From Mytilus californianus (Eukaryota), in NCBI RefSeq assembly GCF_021869535.1, contig NW_026262701.1, positions 37,696,001 through 37,760,000 of the forward strand: a stretch of DNA of 64,000 bases, written 5' to 3'. The notes below the pieces were generated by a model, which was given only the letters and a program-made list of their open reading frames with translations, did not search any database and was not told where the DNA came from. A program made the position numbers and the translations under genes. Shown piece after piece: positions 26,460 to 39,650 of the stretch. Numbering within the stretch: position 1 is the stretch's first letter; every line of letters starts with the position of its first letter.

Positions 26460-28790
26460 CAAATCAGCCCTAATACGGATAAATCAGCATGTGCAATACT
26501 GACGACGTTGCCCTGTCGATATAAATCAAGAGTTAATATTGCTTTTCAGACAGGGCCAATACGGAAAAAAGCCGTATTGGCCCATGGGCTAATACGGGAC
26601 GTTCACTTCCGGTTTCAATTTTCTTACGCCTTACTTAACTTTGGACGTATCGTTATGCATAAAAACATTTGTATTATATTTTTTAACTTAAAATCATAAA
26701 ATAAAAAGTTTAAATGATGTTCAGTGTATTATAACGTCTTGAAGTCTTGCAACGGAAACATTTCACAGCCTTTTCGAGTATGACTTTCGATTATTGACAC
26801 CGTTTCATTTCCGATGATCAATCATCAGAATGCAGACGATCAAAGAGTAAGAATAGTTAAACTGTCTGATTTAGTCTTCTCAGCTACTTTATATTTGTTA
26901 GATAAAATGAATTGTAATAGCATAATATTAAGTACTTGGACGAGAAATCAGAAATTACATCTGACAATGTTGACAAAAAATCCATGGACGTGAATGCGAA
27001 AAGACAAGTTCATATGAAATTTTGTATCTTCTTCACGGTAAGTTTATTAGTTTATTCTAATTAAAAGAATTAAAATCATTTAATAAAAGTGTTATGAACT
27101 GGCTGTTTCTGTATTGGTCCTGTTATAGATTCTCGATCAGCTGTATTGGCCCTCGACTCTTCGAGTCTCGGGTCCAATACAGCTAACCTCGAATCTATAA
27201 CAGGGCCAATACAGAATCAGCCAGTTAATAAAATATTTATTAACCAACTTACTACAATATGTACAGGAATGCCCATGCTTTATAAAAGGAAAATTTCGAC
27301 AACTGGTCATTATGAACGGAGAAATTGCTACAGCCATGCATTACGAAATCTCAGTCATGCATTACGAAATCACACCCGTGCATTACGAAATCACAGCCAT
27401 GCATTATAAACAGATGAAACGGGACATCGATTAAATCAAAATGTCTTTTATATCTTCAAATAAGTGACAACTTTTTTCAAATTTTTTTTAACTTAAGGTA
27501 GATAGGGTGTTTCCTCCATCTTGGATTTTGAAATACCATAAAACAATCGGTCTAGATCATTAAGAAAATGTGCAAATTTTGAGAGTAGTAGGTAATTCAT
27601 GTGTAAGAATTTTCATTTCAATATAGAAAATGACATGTTTTATCATATTTATGGTTGTATTTTACAAAAAACAGAAAACTTTTGTTTTATTCAATTTTTT
27701 CCAACTTTGCCACATAAGGGGAGGCAACTCAAATGTAAGGGCAGATAATTCAGATAAAGTTATTTTTACAATAGAATGTGTTAGGAATTTACCTATTTTA
27801 TTATGTAGCAAGAAAACGGGTCCGGTGACCCCACTTTTTCTTTTTCTTATCTGAAAGCATAATATTTGAGCTATCTTCTCATATTTTATCTCAAAATTCT
27901 ATGGCGTAGTTTTCGTTTTATGGCAGAAAATTGTGTTTTCCATGCATAATCTATACAAAATCTGTCAATTTTGCACAACCTGTAGCGTGAAAATAAGCCT
28001 CGTGACCCATTCTTTTTATTATTTTTTTTAAAAAAGCATGATATACACTACATTTTGGCAAATTATTAAAAAATTCTATGGATTGTAATTTAGACACCCC
28101 ATCTACCTTAATATCATAAAAAAAATTTTTTAAATGATGTTCAGTGTTTTGTAACGACTTGAAACGGAAATATAACACAGCCTTTTTCGAGTACGACTTT
28201 CGATTATTATGACGGTTTCATTTCCGTTGATCAATTATCATTACGCAGACTACTCAGAGTAAGAATAGTTAAACTGTCTGATTTATTCGTCCCAGCTACT
28301 TTATATTTGCTAGATGAAATGAATTGTAATAGCATGAAATAAAGTACTTGGATGAGAAATCAGAAATTACATCTGACAATGTTGACCAAAAATCCATCGT
28401 GAATGCCGAAAGACAAGTTCAGCTATGAATTCCTGTATCTTCTTCACGGTAAGATTCTTACTCTTTGTTTAATCGAAGAATTAAAACCATTTACGGTAAT
28501 AAAAGTGTTATGAACTGTCTTTTTTGTATTGGTCCTGTTATAGACTCGTGGTTAGCTGTATTTGGATCCGAGACTCGAAGACTGTTCTTGAATGAAGTTG
28601 CCTTAGTTGGTTAATAAAAGTATCAATATATGGACTTTTTCATATTGGCCCTGTAACATGCCCTTGGTATAAATAATGGCCTCGGACAGTTGTAATGGCC
28701 CTCGGCGCTGCCTCGGGGCCATTACAACCATACTGGGCCATTATTAATACCTCGGGCATGTTACAGGGCCAACATGAAAAAGTCCATACA
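26460..28790. mobile_element. Crypton-like hairpin repeat complex with an internal ~450-bp duplication
   Basis: Long imperfect hairpins at 27092-27231 and 28629-28788; 26710-27160 similar to 28130-28580; interrupts a segment that is contiguous in copy 1 (~8450). Confidence 0.55.
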
Positions 28791-30977
28791 TTAATACTAT
28801 AAGAATAGTCTAAATCATGCAGTATTAGATCATATACTAAACAAAAGAAACAAGCAGCATGGCTTTTTTTAACAGTGTCCTAAAAATAATGGCATACAAA
28901 TACCGGTATATTAATATAACTTTGAAGCATGTTCTGTCAAATTGCGAAATCTAGGTTGAATACTGTAGATAAAGGGAAATCGAAACTTTTATATCGCGGT
29001 ATTATTCCATTGTTATTCTGTATCAATTCAAAACAGTAAAGAAAGAAGACTCCTTGTGTTACCCCTCAATTTATATTTTCAGAATTTGAACCTTTTATTA
29101 CCATACTTTTGGTTCTTCCTGATTGTAAATTTTCGAGTATTTCAATAAAGTACCAGATATACCTGTCTGTTGTAATTTGAAAAGAATAAAAGTTTGTCAA
29201 GGTCTACTAGAATTGCAGAAAAAGACAGATAGAATTATGCAAAAGGAACATGATATTTGAAAAACCTCTATAGATATAATAAAAGATTATAAGAAAATGT
29301 GGTATTATTGCCAATAAGACAACTATCCAGAAGAGAGCAAATGACAAATGTAAACAACTATAGGTCACCCTACAACTTTCAACTCTAAATCCCAAACAAG
29401 AAAACCAACGGTCTGATTTATGTACAAAACAATTAAAGAAAAACAAATATGATATACAGTAACCGACGTCAATCACTGAATAACTAGCTCCTGACTTTAA
29501 CAGGCACACACTAAATGTGGAGTTGTAATTTGGGACAGTGGTGTAGCAACACAACATAAGAACAAACTGTAAAAATTAGTTGCAAACGGCTCGACTCATC
29601 AAAATATCAAATAAAATCTGAAATCGGGGACTGTTCCCATAACTAATAGAGATATGATATCAAAACAGTTATATACAAATCAATAAAACTATCATATATT
29701 ATTGTGCCAACAAATAATCAAACAATATCAGACTTCCATCACCAAATATATATTTTCACTAAATCATGCAAAATACAAATCAAGGTTCTTTTAAGTGGCC
29801 CAAAAGTATTGAATGAATTTTCCTGTAAATTAAAAAAGAAAATAAAACTGCATCGGCTTTTTAAATATTCTTACGGGTCATTGAATTTTTAATAGTGTTA
29901 TATTCACATATAGATTATTTCATTGGTTCAAGTAGATTAATTGAGATAGTAAAACTATCCAATTGTAAAGTCCGAGCCTCGAGGACTTTAAAATTCAATA
30001 ATTTAACTTTCTTGATTGGATAAATCCGATAATTCACGAGTAATTAAGTAAGTATCTGTTTCTTTATTGATTATCAAATAAATTCTCATTATCGATAAAC
30101 GGAAATTCCCTTTTCTCAAAGAACTGCTAGCATATTTCGATTTATCCAAAGGTAGTGAGTGACCTTTTAACTTAGCCAATTATCTACTGAAATCATTGAC
30201 AACCACACGTTGCTTTTTTTTTTAAACAATGGGTTAATTTGCCAATTTTTTTTTTAAACTGTTTATCATGTTTTGTGAATGTATTATATATATTGTTTAA
30301 CATTGTCGTTTTTGTAGATAGGCTATGTTTTAAATATATAGTTAATAAATATACCTTTAAACTAAAGACAAAAAAAAAGGAATATATGTGTAATCAAAAT
30401 CGAGGTTCTCTATTTAAATAGACATAGTAGTATTATATTAGAACTTTGGGTAGCATGACGCTACCTGTCTTTTAAAAATATCAAACTAAGTGTGTAATAT
30501 TTTTCATGTTTTTGATTCAAAATCTAAATGACACAAATAACTAGAGATCTTTAGACTAGTCCACTTTATCTAGAAGTCTTTAAACCAAAAACATTTTTTC
30601 CAGCTTAAATTTGCACTGCATGTGAATTCGATCGAAAATGTAGATAAACTTTTTGATCGTCTGACAGGACTTTCTCGCTTAATATTAAACGAACATTGCA
30701 ATACAACTTTTTTACGAGTTGTCTTTAAAAATAATCACGTTTTCATGTCTTTCAGCAGACTGTTACTATTCTATGATCGGCGTGTCAGTCTGGTACACAC
30801 ATCTTCATTTTCATAGTACACAAATTCGTCTCGTCCTGGACACAGTCGAAAGAATGATTACCGTTGGCAGTGAACGCAATACAAATAATGTGGACCATCC
30901 AACAGATATCTTGAAATATTCAGCTTTTTAAAAGTCTTTTTTAAAATGAAGAAAAAGTTGTATTATATAAGGGTTAC

Positions 30978-31007
30978 CTTTGAGTTTCATGCAAAGTCTT
31001 TTTACAC
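30978..31007 (-). CDS. 30-nt micro-exon carrying the start codon of paralog 2 (ATG 30990-30988)
   Basis: tttacag|GTGTAAAAAGACTTTGCATGAAACTCAAAG|gtaacc; same length, phase and MKLK peptide as 10441-10470. Confidence 0.8.
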
Positions 31008-31254
31008 CTGTAAATATAAAAAGAGTTAACATATAATCTTTTAGTTCAAAACAATTTTACAACATTTCATACAGGAGGTACAAATTTTGTTACCCTCATT
31101 TGACTGAATCGGGATGGGGTGGTTTATATATTGTATGAACATGAACATGAGGTCACGCTAGCTCTGAATTACTAAAAGGATTTTAAATGAAAAGGTTGTG
31201 ATATTTAGTTCGTCTGGGATAGAAAAAATTAAAACAACACGTTATTAATTTCAT

Positions 31255-31296
31255 GCGTCCGAAGTGCTTTTCTGGATTTACCATCATCAGGAACGC
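31255..31296 (-). ncRNA. Minimal type I hammerhead ribozyme, intact core
   Basis: Minus strand: GCGUUC-CUGAUGA-UGG(UAAAU)CCA-GAAA-AGCACUU-C-GGACGC; 6-bp stem I, 3-bp stem II, near-palindromic helix III AAGCACUU, UUC cleavage triplet. Confidence 0.8.
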
Positions 31297-31523
31297 TCAC
31301 AGCTGAATATTTGAAAGCCAAGGATGTATAAGAAACCGAAACAGTTAAAAAGCTATAAAGCCAAAAAGGACCTTAAATTTTCCAAATCCATCTAAGGTCA
31401 ACTTTGCCTGAGGGAGTTGAAACCTTAGTTTCTTTATAAAATGTGCACCATACAGAGTTCCCATGGCATCAACATCCGCGTTTAAGTCAAAAGCAACAGG
31501 ATCAATGGAAATCATCATAACGG

Positions 31524-33821
31524 TATATATGTTACAGTGAATTTGTATAATCAGGGATTATGTAGAGTCCCTAAAATTTTCAGGGATTATGTAGAATCAC
31601 TGGTTAGTTTAGGGATTATATATAATCACTGAAATTTTCAGGGATTATGTAAAATCACTAGAAAAAACGTCAGGGATTATGCATAATAACTGAAATGAAG
31701 AAACAGTTTTGTGTATAAAGAAAATGAATGAAAGTTAAAAAAATTAATTCTATCAAATCAAATTCAGCATGTTAAAACTTCATAATAAACATGACAATAC
31801 ATGTATTTATTAAAATGTTTGGCACAATTTATTAAAATGTTAATCACAATATATAAAAATGTTAACCTTATTAATATATATAATTAAAGTGTTAGTCATA
31901 ATATTTTAAGATGTTACACAAAATAAAAATATTAAGCACTAGATATTAAAATGATAACCTCAATATATATCATAATGTTACACAATGTATTAAGATGGCA
32001 AGTACAATATATTAAAACAATCATTAAACAAATTTGGATGGCATCCACTATTGCACATTTGACCTGCTTTTCTACAGGCACTTCTAATTGATTTGCATCT
32101 TTTTTTACCACATTATCCACATTTAAAAAAACCTTGTCCTTCACATATCGAATCAGATTTTATGGAACTAGTAAGAGAAATAAAGTTTTCAATACAAACA
32201 TTTGAAGGTACCCCAAAAAAAAGGAAACAGCAGCCTCGAACTGATTTTTGGTGTAAGATCCGAGCAGAATTTTATTGTATTAGTTCTCTCAGTTTGAATT
32301 TCATGTTCATTTATCCCCTCTTTGCACAACGCCTCCCATCCCAACGAATCAATCACTGATTTGTTATAAAAAAAAATAGTATACTAATGAGACGCAAATA
32401 GTATAAATGTGCATATTATAAATGGTACTTTTGTTTTTGTATATCTAGTTTTTACAGCTATTTCTTTACACAAAATATTTTTTCTTCAGATATTTAAGAT
32501 TATGTTTTTTTAGATCCATGCCCAATAACCTCCACCCTCTCCTATAGTAATGAAAAATGCTGTAAAGAGTGTAAAATGTCAGAAATATAAAGGATAGTAG
32601 CCATGGTAGCAGCATAAAACAATTCAGATATTTATTTGTCAGCAGATAATAATATTTTGTCTTCTTTACTCAGAGTTCAGTATTTTTGTGATTTTACTTT
32701 TAACTAGGTTCTTTTGTCATCAAAATAAAAAAAAACACTGTATTTGTTCCTTGTCCATATCTTGTATTTTGTTTTTTCCTCTGCCATTATTATTTGCTTG
32801 TGAAATAATGTGGTTAAATAGTTGAATAAAACTGTTCACTTAATTTGATTTTTGTTATTATTGATAATCCCTGAAATCGTATTAGGGAATTTGTAAAATA
32901 ATTAGTAAAATGTTCAGTGATTATGTAAAATCACTGGTCAATATCAGGGATTATATATAATCACTAATGTGTTTAGTGATTCTACATATTCCCTGAAAAA
33001 TCAGGGATTCTACATAATCACTGATTATACAAATTTGTATAATCAGGGATTATGTAGAGTCCCTAAAATTTTCAGGGATTATGTAGAATCACTGGTTAGT
33101 TTAGGGATTATATATAATCACTGAAATTTTCCGGGATTATGTAAAATCACTAGAAAAAACGTCAGGGATTATGCATAATAACTGAAATGAAGAAACAGTT
33201 TTGTGTATAAAGAAAATGAATGAAAGTTAAAAAAATTAATTCTATCAAATCAAATTCAGCATGTTAAAACTTCATAATAAACATGACAATACATGTATTT
33301 ATTAAAATGTTTGGCACAATTTATTAAAATGTTAAGCACAATATATAAAAATGTTAACCTTATTAATATATATAATTAAAGTGTTAGTCATAATATTTTA
33401 AGATGTTACACAAAATAAAAATATTAAGCACTAGATATTAAAATGATAACCTCAATATATATCATAATGTTACAAAATGTATTAAGATGGCAAGTACAAT
33501 ATATTAAAACAATCATTAAACAAATTTGGATGGCATCCACTATTGCACATTTGACCTGCTTTTCTACAGGCACTTCTAATTGATTTGCATCTTTTTTTAC
33601 CACATTATCCACATTTAAAAAAACCTTGTCCTTCACATATCGAATCAGATTTTATGGAACTAGTAAGAGAAATAAAGTTTTCAATACAAACATTTGAAGG
33701 TCACTGGTCAATATCAGGGATTATATATAATCACTAATGTGTTTAGTGATTCTACATATTCCCTGAAAAATCAGGGATTCTACATAATCACTGATTATAC
33801 AAATTCACTGTAACATATATA
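31524..33821. mobile_element. TIR element present as a head-to-tail dimer (second unit internally deleted)
   Basis: Outer TIR tatatatgttacagtgaatttgtataatcag; arrays of CAGGGATTATG/AATCACT subterminal motifs; 31545-32209 nearly identical to 33037-33700; empty site in copy 1 at ~10770. Confidence 0.85.
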
Positions 33822-36800
33822 CTCCATGCACAGGTGCAGTTGAATGTTGCAACATAATGGAAAACTAAAAACGGATAAAACTGGCAAGTGTAGTTGTCAA
33901 CCGACCCTAATTGTCGATTTCGTTTTATAAGTCAAGACATTGAGTAGACATGACAGTATATGTACTTTACATTATTTAAAGTTCAAGTATGAATTCCGAG
34001 TGTAGTTCTCAGACAATAAAAGTACAAATAATTAGTAAATAGAATAAAATTCGTTGGTGTTATTTGTAACTCAAATCGCTGTCAAAGTGTATTATCTTTT
34101 TTCATGCTTCACTTAGAGGTCAAGTTTCAAAAGAATTAATGCTTATAAGAAAACATCGAGGTAGTGTAACAATTTCAAGTCATATCAAGTTTTCTATAAC
34201 CTTAATTTCACGCCTTGGATAGTTTTCATCCGAATTCATTTTTCATGAAACCTACATTAATAAAACATGGTAGACAAAAGTAAGTCAGAAAAAAAATCAT
34301 GATACATATAGAATTTGGTCATATTTACAAGAGGATGATAAGTTTCGATCGACTGAATAATTTGAAATATTAAAAAATTCCCATAAACTGTATATTATAT
34401 GATCTTATATGTGCAGATTACGGATAAAAATTCAAGTATTATGATACTGCTTCGTTGTCTGATATTCTGTAAATATGCTTTTACGGTAGATTAAGGTAGA
34501 TTAACTGTATACCGCCATCTTGGAAGTAAAATAGCAGTTAACAATCGGTCCAGTTCTTTCCTTAAATCTGCAAGTTTTGAGATAGATTGGCAATTGATAT
34601 GCAAGACTTTATTTAAATAAAGAAAAACAAGTGATTTATTACATTATTTAGTTTGTTTTAACAAATACCAAATATTTGTTTTCACTTGATTGAATTTTTC
34701 AACTTAGAAAAGTAAGGGGAGATAACTATTAGATTAAAATTTTTAAAAAGGAATGTTGACGAAATTTTCATTTTTTACTTGTAGCAAGAAAACAAGTTCG
34801 GTGAAACCATGTTTTCGATTTATATTCTTAAAAGCATATTTTAAAAACTTGAAAAATAGCACAGTGACCCATACTTTTAATTATATTTTTGAAAAAAGCA
34901 ATTAATGTAAAATCTATATTTTGGCAATTTATAAAAAAGATTCCGTGTCAGGAAATATATATACTAACTGGGACTATTATACTAACACACGTATTGTTAT
35001 TATTAGGGCTAATTATGATCTTTTAACCTTCCACACGTTGTTTTCTTAGCGGTCAAGTAAAGCGCCGACATTTCGACCATATTTGTTTTCTAATGAAATA
35101 GGAAATTCATTCTTTTTATACATTTATATTGTTATTGAATTCATATATATATATTGAATTCATAATGCATATAATTATATTGAATTCATATATTTGGGAG
35201 CAAACGTACGATTTTTATTATTTTTTAAGGGGGAATTGGGGAATAGAATGGCACATCCTGCATTTTTTTTAAAATTTATTTACTCCCCCCCCCCCCTTTT
35301 CTGTTTTCCCCAAATACAAATCAAATGTGAGCCTGCTAACCTCTGAAATTTTTTTCATACATGCAAAGTTGCATTTTAAACGGTCTCAAATATGTACGAT
35401 ATTCATCTTTTACTTGATATGGTTCTTTTTTATAAAATTATTAGACTCTTCAATTTCTCGAGAGAAAAACTCTCGGCTAAAGGGAAGTAAAAAAAAAGTT
35501 TGTTTATACTGTAACTTACATTAACTGGTATATGACCATTTAAGTTTCTAATCTGTTTAATTTTGCTACCTCTTCTAAATGTAAAATGTACTACTTCTTT
35601 CTTGAAACGTCGTACAAGTCAGATACAAAACAAAGGTAACAAAAAAACAGACCGGAAACAAACTGCCGTATAGTTTTTCTACACTTGTAGTCAGGTCAGT
35701 CACCTGACTACTCGTGCAGAAAAACTATCCGATAACGGTTGTTACCGGCCTGTTTCTTTGTTCCCTTTGTATTGTATCTAATACGAAATAACACTTTACT
35801 TTTGATACAGTAATCAGTGTACAATAACGGTACAATAATGAGGGAATTAAAGGGGCACTAGCTATCAAATTCATGTTCACGGATTTGATCCAAATTCTCA
35901 TATTTGATTTATAACAATGTAAAACATTTATCCAAATTATAAAAAGTCTAAAATAAACAATATTCCGTACATGGGCTTCGTTTCGTGTGTATTTTAGTTT
36001 AGACGCCATCTAATTAACTGTCGAGTTGACCCCCGAAGACCTCCGATTGCCATATAAGCGATATAAACATTAAAAAAAAGATATAATAGATAGCAGACTC
36101 GTGCATTTGGATTTTTCTATGTCTGTTTAATTTCATATTATAGATTAAAAATATACTATTTCACATTCATTAATGATTTAACAAAAAAAAATCGTATTTT
36201 ATATTTTTTATATACAGCTTATTCAGTTTCATATAATATAGCTAATCGATAAATTATAAAATGCACAGGTTAAAAAAAACTATATGAACTAAGTTATAAA
36301 TACATGCCAGTCATTGTCTTTCCTTCAGTTTTGTAACTTCTGATGTAACGACAATTTTAGGGACTGTTTCTTAACCTGTACATCAATATGTAGATATGGT
36401 AAATTGACGATACTAATCTTTACATCTATACTTTCTCTTACAACAGGTATCCAATTATCTCAGACATGAAGAAGTAACTTCATTCTGTCAGCATTGTTCA
36501 AGCTACAAACATTAAATATGACTTTACAATTTGCAAACACTCTTTGGCAATTAAACCTTAACTTTTTTATGTCAGCATTCTGCCAAAAATTAAGTCTATT
36601 ACCTTCAACTGAATTGACATAGTATATACGGAAAAGTTAAACACATGTATCTATGCAAAGACACAAGTTTTTATGAAATTAAGATATGAAAAAGATTTCA
36701 TTTAAAATTTATTTTTTCAAAACAACTAATCTGTAACGTTTTCTGCGAATTGTACCCACAGGGTGAAAGATGACTACTGTGCATATTAATGCACCACATC

Positions 36801-37260
36801 GTTTATATGTGATGGGCAAGATATTCAGTATTTATAAGCTTGAAATTCAAACTTTCTCAGTAACATATAAGATCTTTATAGAGTTTTATCTTCATAAATA
36901 TAAATAAACAAATGGGGAATGGTTAAAAGTGCACACATTTTTGCTACTAAAGTCAGCACATTCTATTCACTAAAATTCAAGACCAGAGCTAATCTTATCT
37001 CGTAAATTATTGGTGCATGGAGACTGCAATGACAGTCTAGTGAAATAGGACAACAGTATATGCTTACCCTGAATATGCATGCGGCCTGACTGCGTCATCG
37101 ACATCAGTTCTTGGAAACCGGAATCCAATTTAGTTTATCGAAAATCTAGGAAAATTAGATAAACAGAACTGATTACCTCTCCCCTTTAAATGATAGAAAT
37201 CCCCAGATACCTCTATTTCCAAACGTTACCGATTCTTAGAATTACGCTAGGATTTGAAAC

Positions 37261-38096
37261 TTCAACCGTCTCCGGCGTCCCCATCCTCTATACGCAGAAT
37301 TTTAACCGTCTCCGACGTCTCCATCCTGTATACAAAGGATTTCAACAGTATGCGGCGTCTCCACCCTGTATACACAGGATTTCAACCGTCTGCGGCGTCC
37401 ACCCTGTATACACAGGATTTCAACCGTCTGCGGCGTCTCCACCCTGTATACATAGGATTTCAACCGTATCCGGCGTCACCACCCTGTATACCGTCTGTGG
37501 CGTCTCCCTCTGTATACACAGGATTTCAATCGTCTGTGGCGTCTCCACCCTGTATACACAGGATTTCAACCGTCTGCGACGTCTCCACCTGTATACACAG
37601 GATTTCGTCTGTGGTGTCTCCACCTTGTATACACGGAATGTCAATCGTCTGTGGCGTCTCCACCCTGTATACACAGGATTTCAACCGTCTGCGACGTCTC
37701 CACCTGTATACACAGGATTTCGTCTGTGGTGTCTCCACCCTGTATACACGGGATTTCAATCGTCTGTGGTGTCTCCACCCTGTATACACAGGATTTCGTC
37801 TGTGGTGTCTCCACCCTGTATACACAGGATTTCGTCTCAGGTGTCTCCACCCTGTATACACGGGATTTCAATCGTCTGTGGTGTCTCCACCCTGTATACA
37901 CAGGATTTCAACCGTCTGCGACGTCTCCACCTGTATACACAGGATTTCGTTTGTGGTGTCTCCACCCTGTATACACGGGATTTCAATCGTCTGTGGTGTC
38001 TCCACCCTGTATACACAGGATTTCGTCTGTGGTGTCTCCACCCTGTATACACGGGATTTCAATCGTCTGTGGCGTCTCCATCCTATTTACACAGGA
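37261..38096. repeat. 33-39-bp minisatellite (~22 units)
   Basis: Unit TTCAACCGTCTGCGGCGTCTCCACCCTGTATACACAGGAT; only 2 units at the paralogous site 12883-12963. Confidence 0.95.
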
Positions 38097-39444
38097 CAAG
38101 GAAGTATAGTTTTAAAAATGTCGTCAATTACAACACTGGTTTACGTTTGTTGTTTCTATAACAATGTCGTCAATTACTTAGTACAACACAGGTTTCCGTT
38201 CCATGTCTCATATCAACAGTAAAGTGTATCGATGGAATCCTATATATTGACCGACTTTAAACAATGGCTGCATTTCGATTTTGAACACACGATGAGAATT
38301 GCTATTTACTATTCTATTGTATATTATACATACCTTAACAGCTATTGCGTGTATATAAACGAATAGTCGATCATCTCCTGTATAAATGGAATCGCTAGTT
38401 ACATTTGCTACAACATGAATAATGTATTTATTGATTCCACAATTTTTTTAAAGTATGTTTATTAAAACCCCATGTTCTGGATGCAAACATAGTGCGAAAT
38501 GGAGCATATCGTAGATCTCGTTAAACCTTTAAACTGTTTTTTAATACCGGGTACATAATGAATTTAGTTTGAGATTGAATGAGATATAAATACTAGTTAT
38601 GCATATCTGATAAATTTTGTATTTCCTTGCATAATTTTTCAGTGCTTGTATCCATATAGTTATTTTTTTTTATTTTAGTCCTTACTTTTGAACAGATTTC
38701 ATAGGTCAACGTACGACTATCGTTATTAACTTCTATGTCATTTTAGTTTCTGGTGGAGTGTTGTCTCATTAGCAATTATACCACAACTTCTTATTTTTAT
38801 ATTCATACAACAAAATACAACAAATAAAAATTCAATACGGAACGTGTGTGTGTGCGTATTTATACATCCCAAAATGTCAATATGTAATACAGGTATAACA
38901 CCCAACAATTTATATATTATATGACCAAATACCACCGTTAAAAACATGTAGAATAAGATATGCACTTCTTTAAGTCATCTGGGGGAGATAACGTACATGT
39001 ATAAGAAAACTATGAAGCACACAGTACAACATTATCAATGCACATTTGACAGATCCATCCGGTTTTTCGGTAGGGTTCATTTTGCTCAGTTTTTGGTTTT
39101 CTATGTTGTGTTTTGTGTACTATTGTTTGCCGTTTTTGGTGCGGAGGGGGTTGGGTTACTAAGAGGAAAAAGTTTGTCCTGTATTTTTATTTTTCACTCT
39201 ATTCGGTCCTGCCTTTTTTGTATTAGTTTATCCTGACTTTTTTTACATAAATTGTCATCCTGCCTTTTTTTGGGCCAGATTGCTCGTCCTGCCTTTTTTT
39301 CAAATTTCATCCTACCCCCATCGAAATGAAATGGTAGCTCTCTAAAGGCTACACGATTTTTATTTAATATTGATTGATACTGGAGACAATGTAATATTCA
39401 ACAAAGATGAAAATGTTGTTTCATTTCAAGGTTACATTTTTTCG

Positions 39445-39650
39445 TTTGTTTTATTTTGCCATGGCGTTGTCAGTTTGTTTTATTTTGCCATGGCATTGTC
39501 AGATTGTTTTATTTTGCCATGGCATTGTCAGTTTGTTTTATTTTGCCATGGCGTTGTCAGTTTGTTTTATTTTGCCATGGCATTGTCAGTTTGTTTCATT
39601 TTGCCATGGTATTGTCAGTTTGTTTTATTTTGCCATGGCATTGTCAGTTT
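39445..39650. repeat. 29-bp tandem repeat x7 within a Penelope-like 3' end (~39040-39700)
   Basis: GCCATGG recurs at 39458, 39487, 39516, 39545, 39574, 39603 and 39632; followed by cgacttatga...ggtatctttcggctctctttt. Confidence 0.9.

Noticed and set aside
31932-33636. Duplicated 70-aa ORF (31932-32144 and 33424-33636)
   Set aside because: The duplication simply reflects the transposon dimer; no domain or splice support.
37190-38222. Two ~320-aa ORFs and several overlapping ORFs
   Set aside because: Open in many frames on both strands only because the minisatellite unit lacks stops; the translations are periodic with no recognisable domain.
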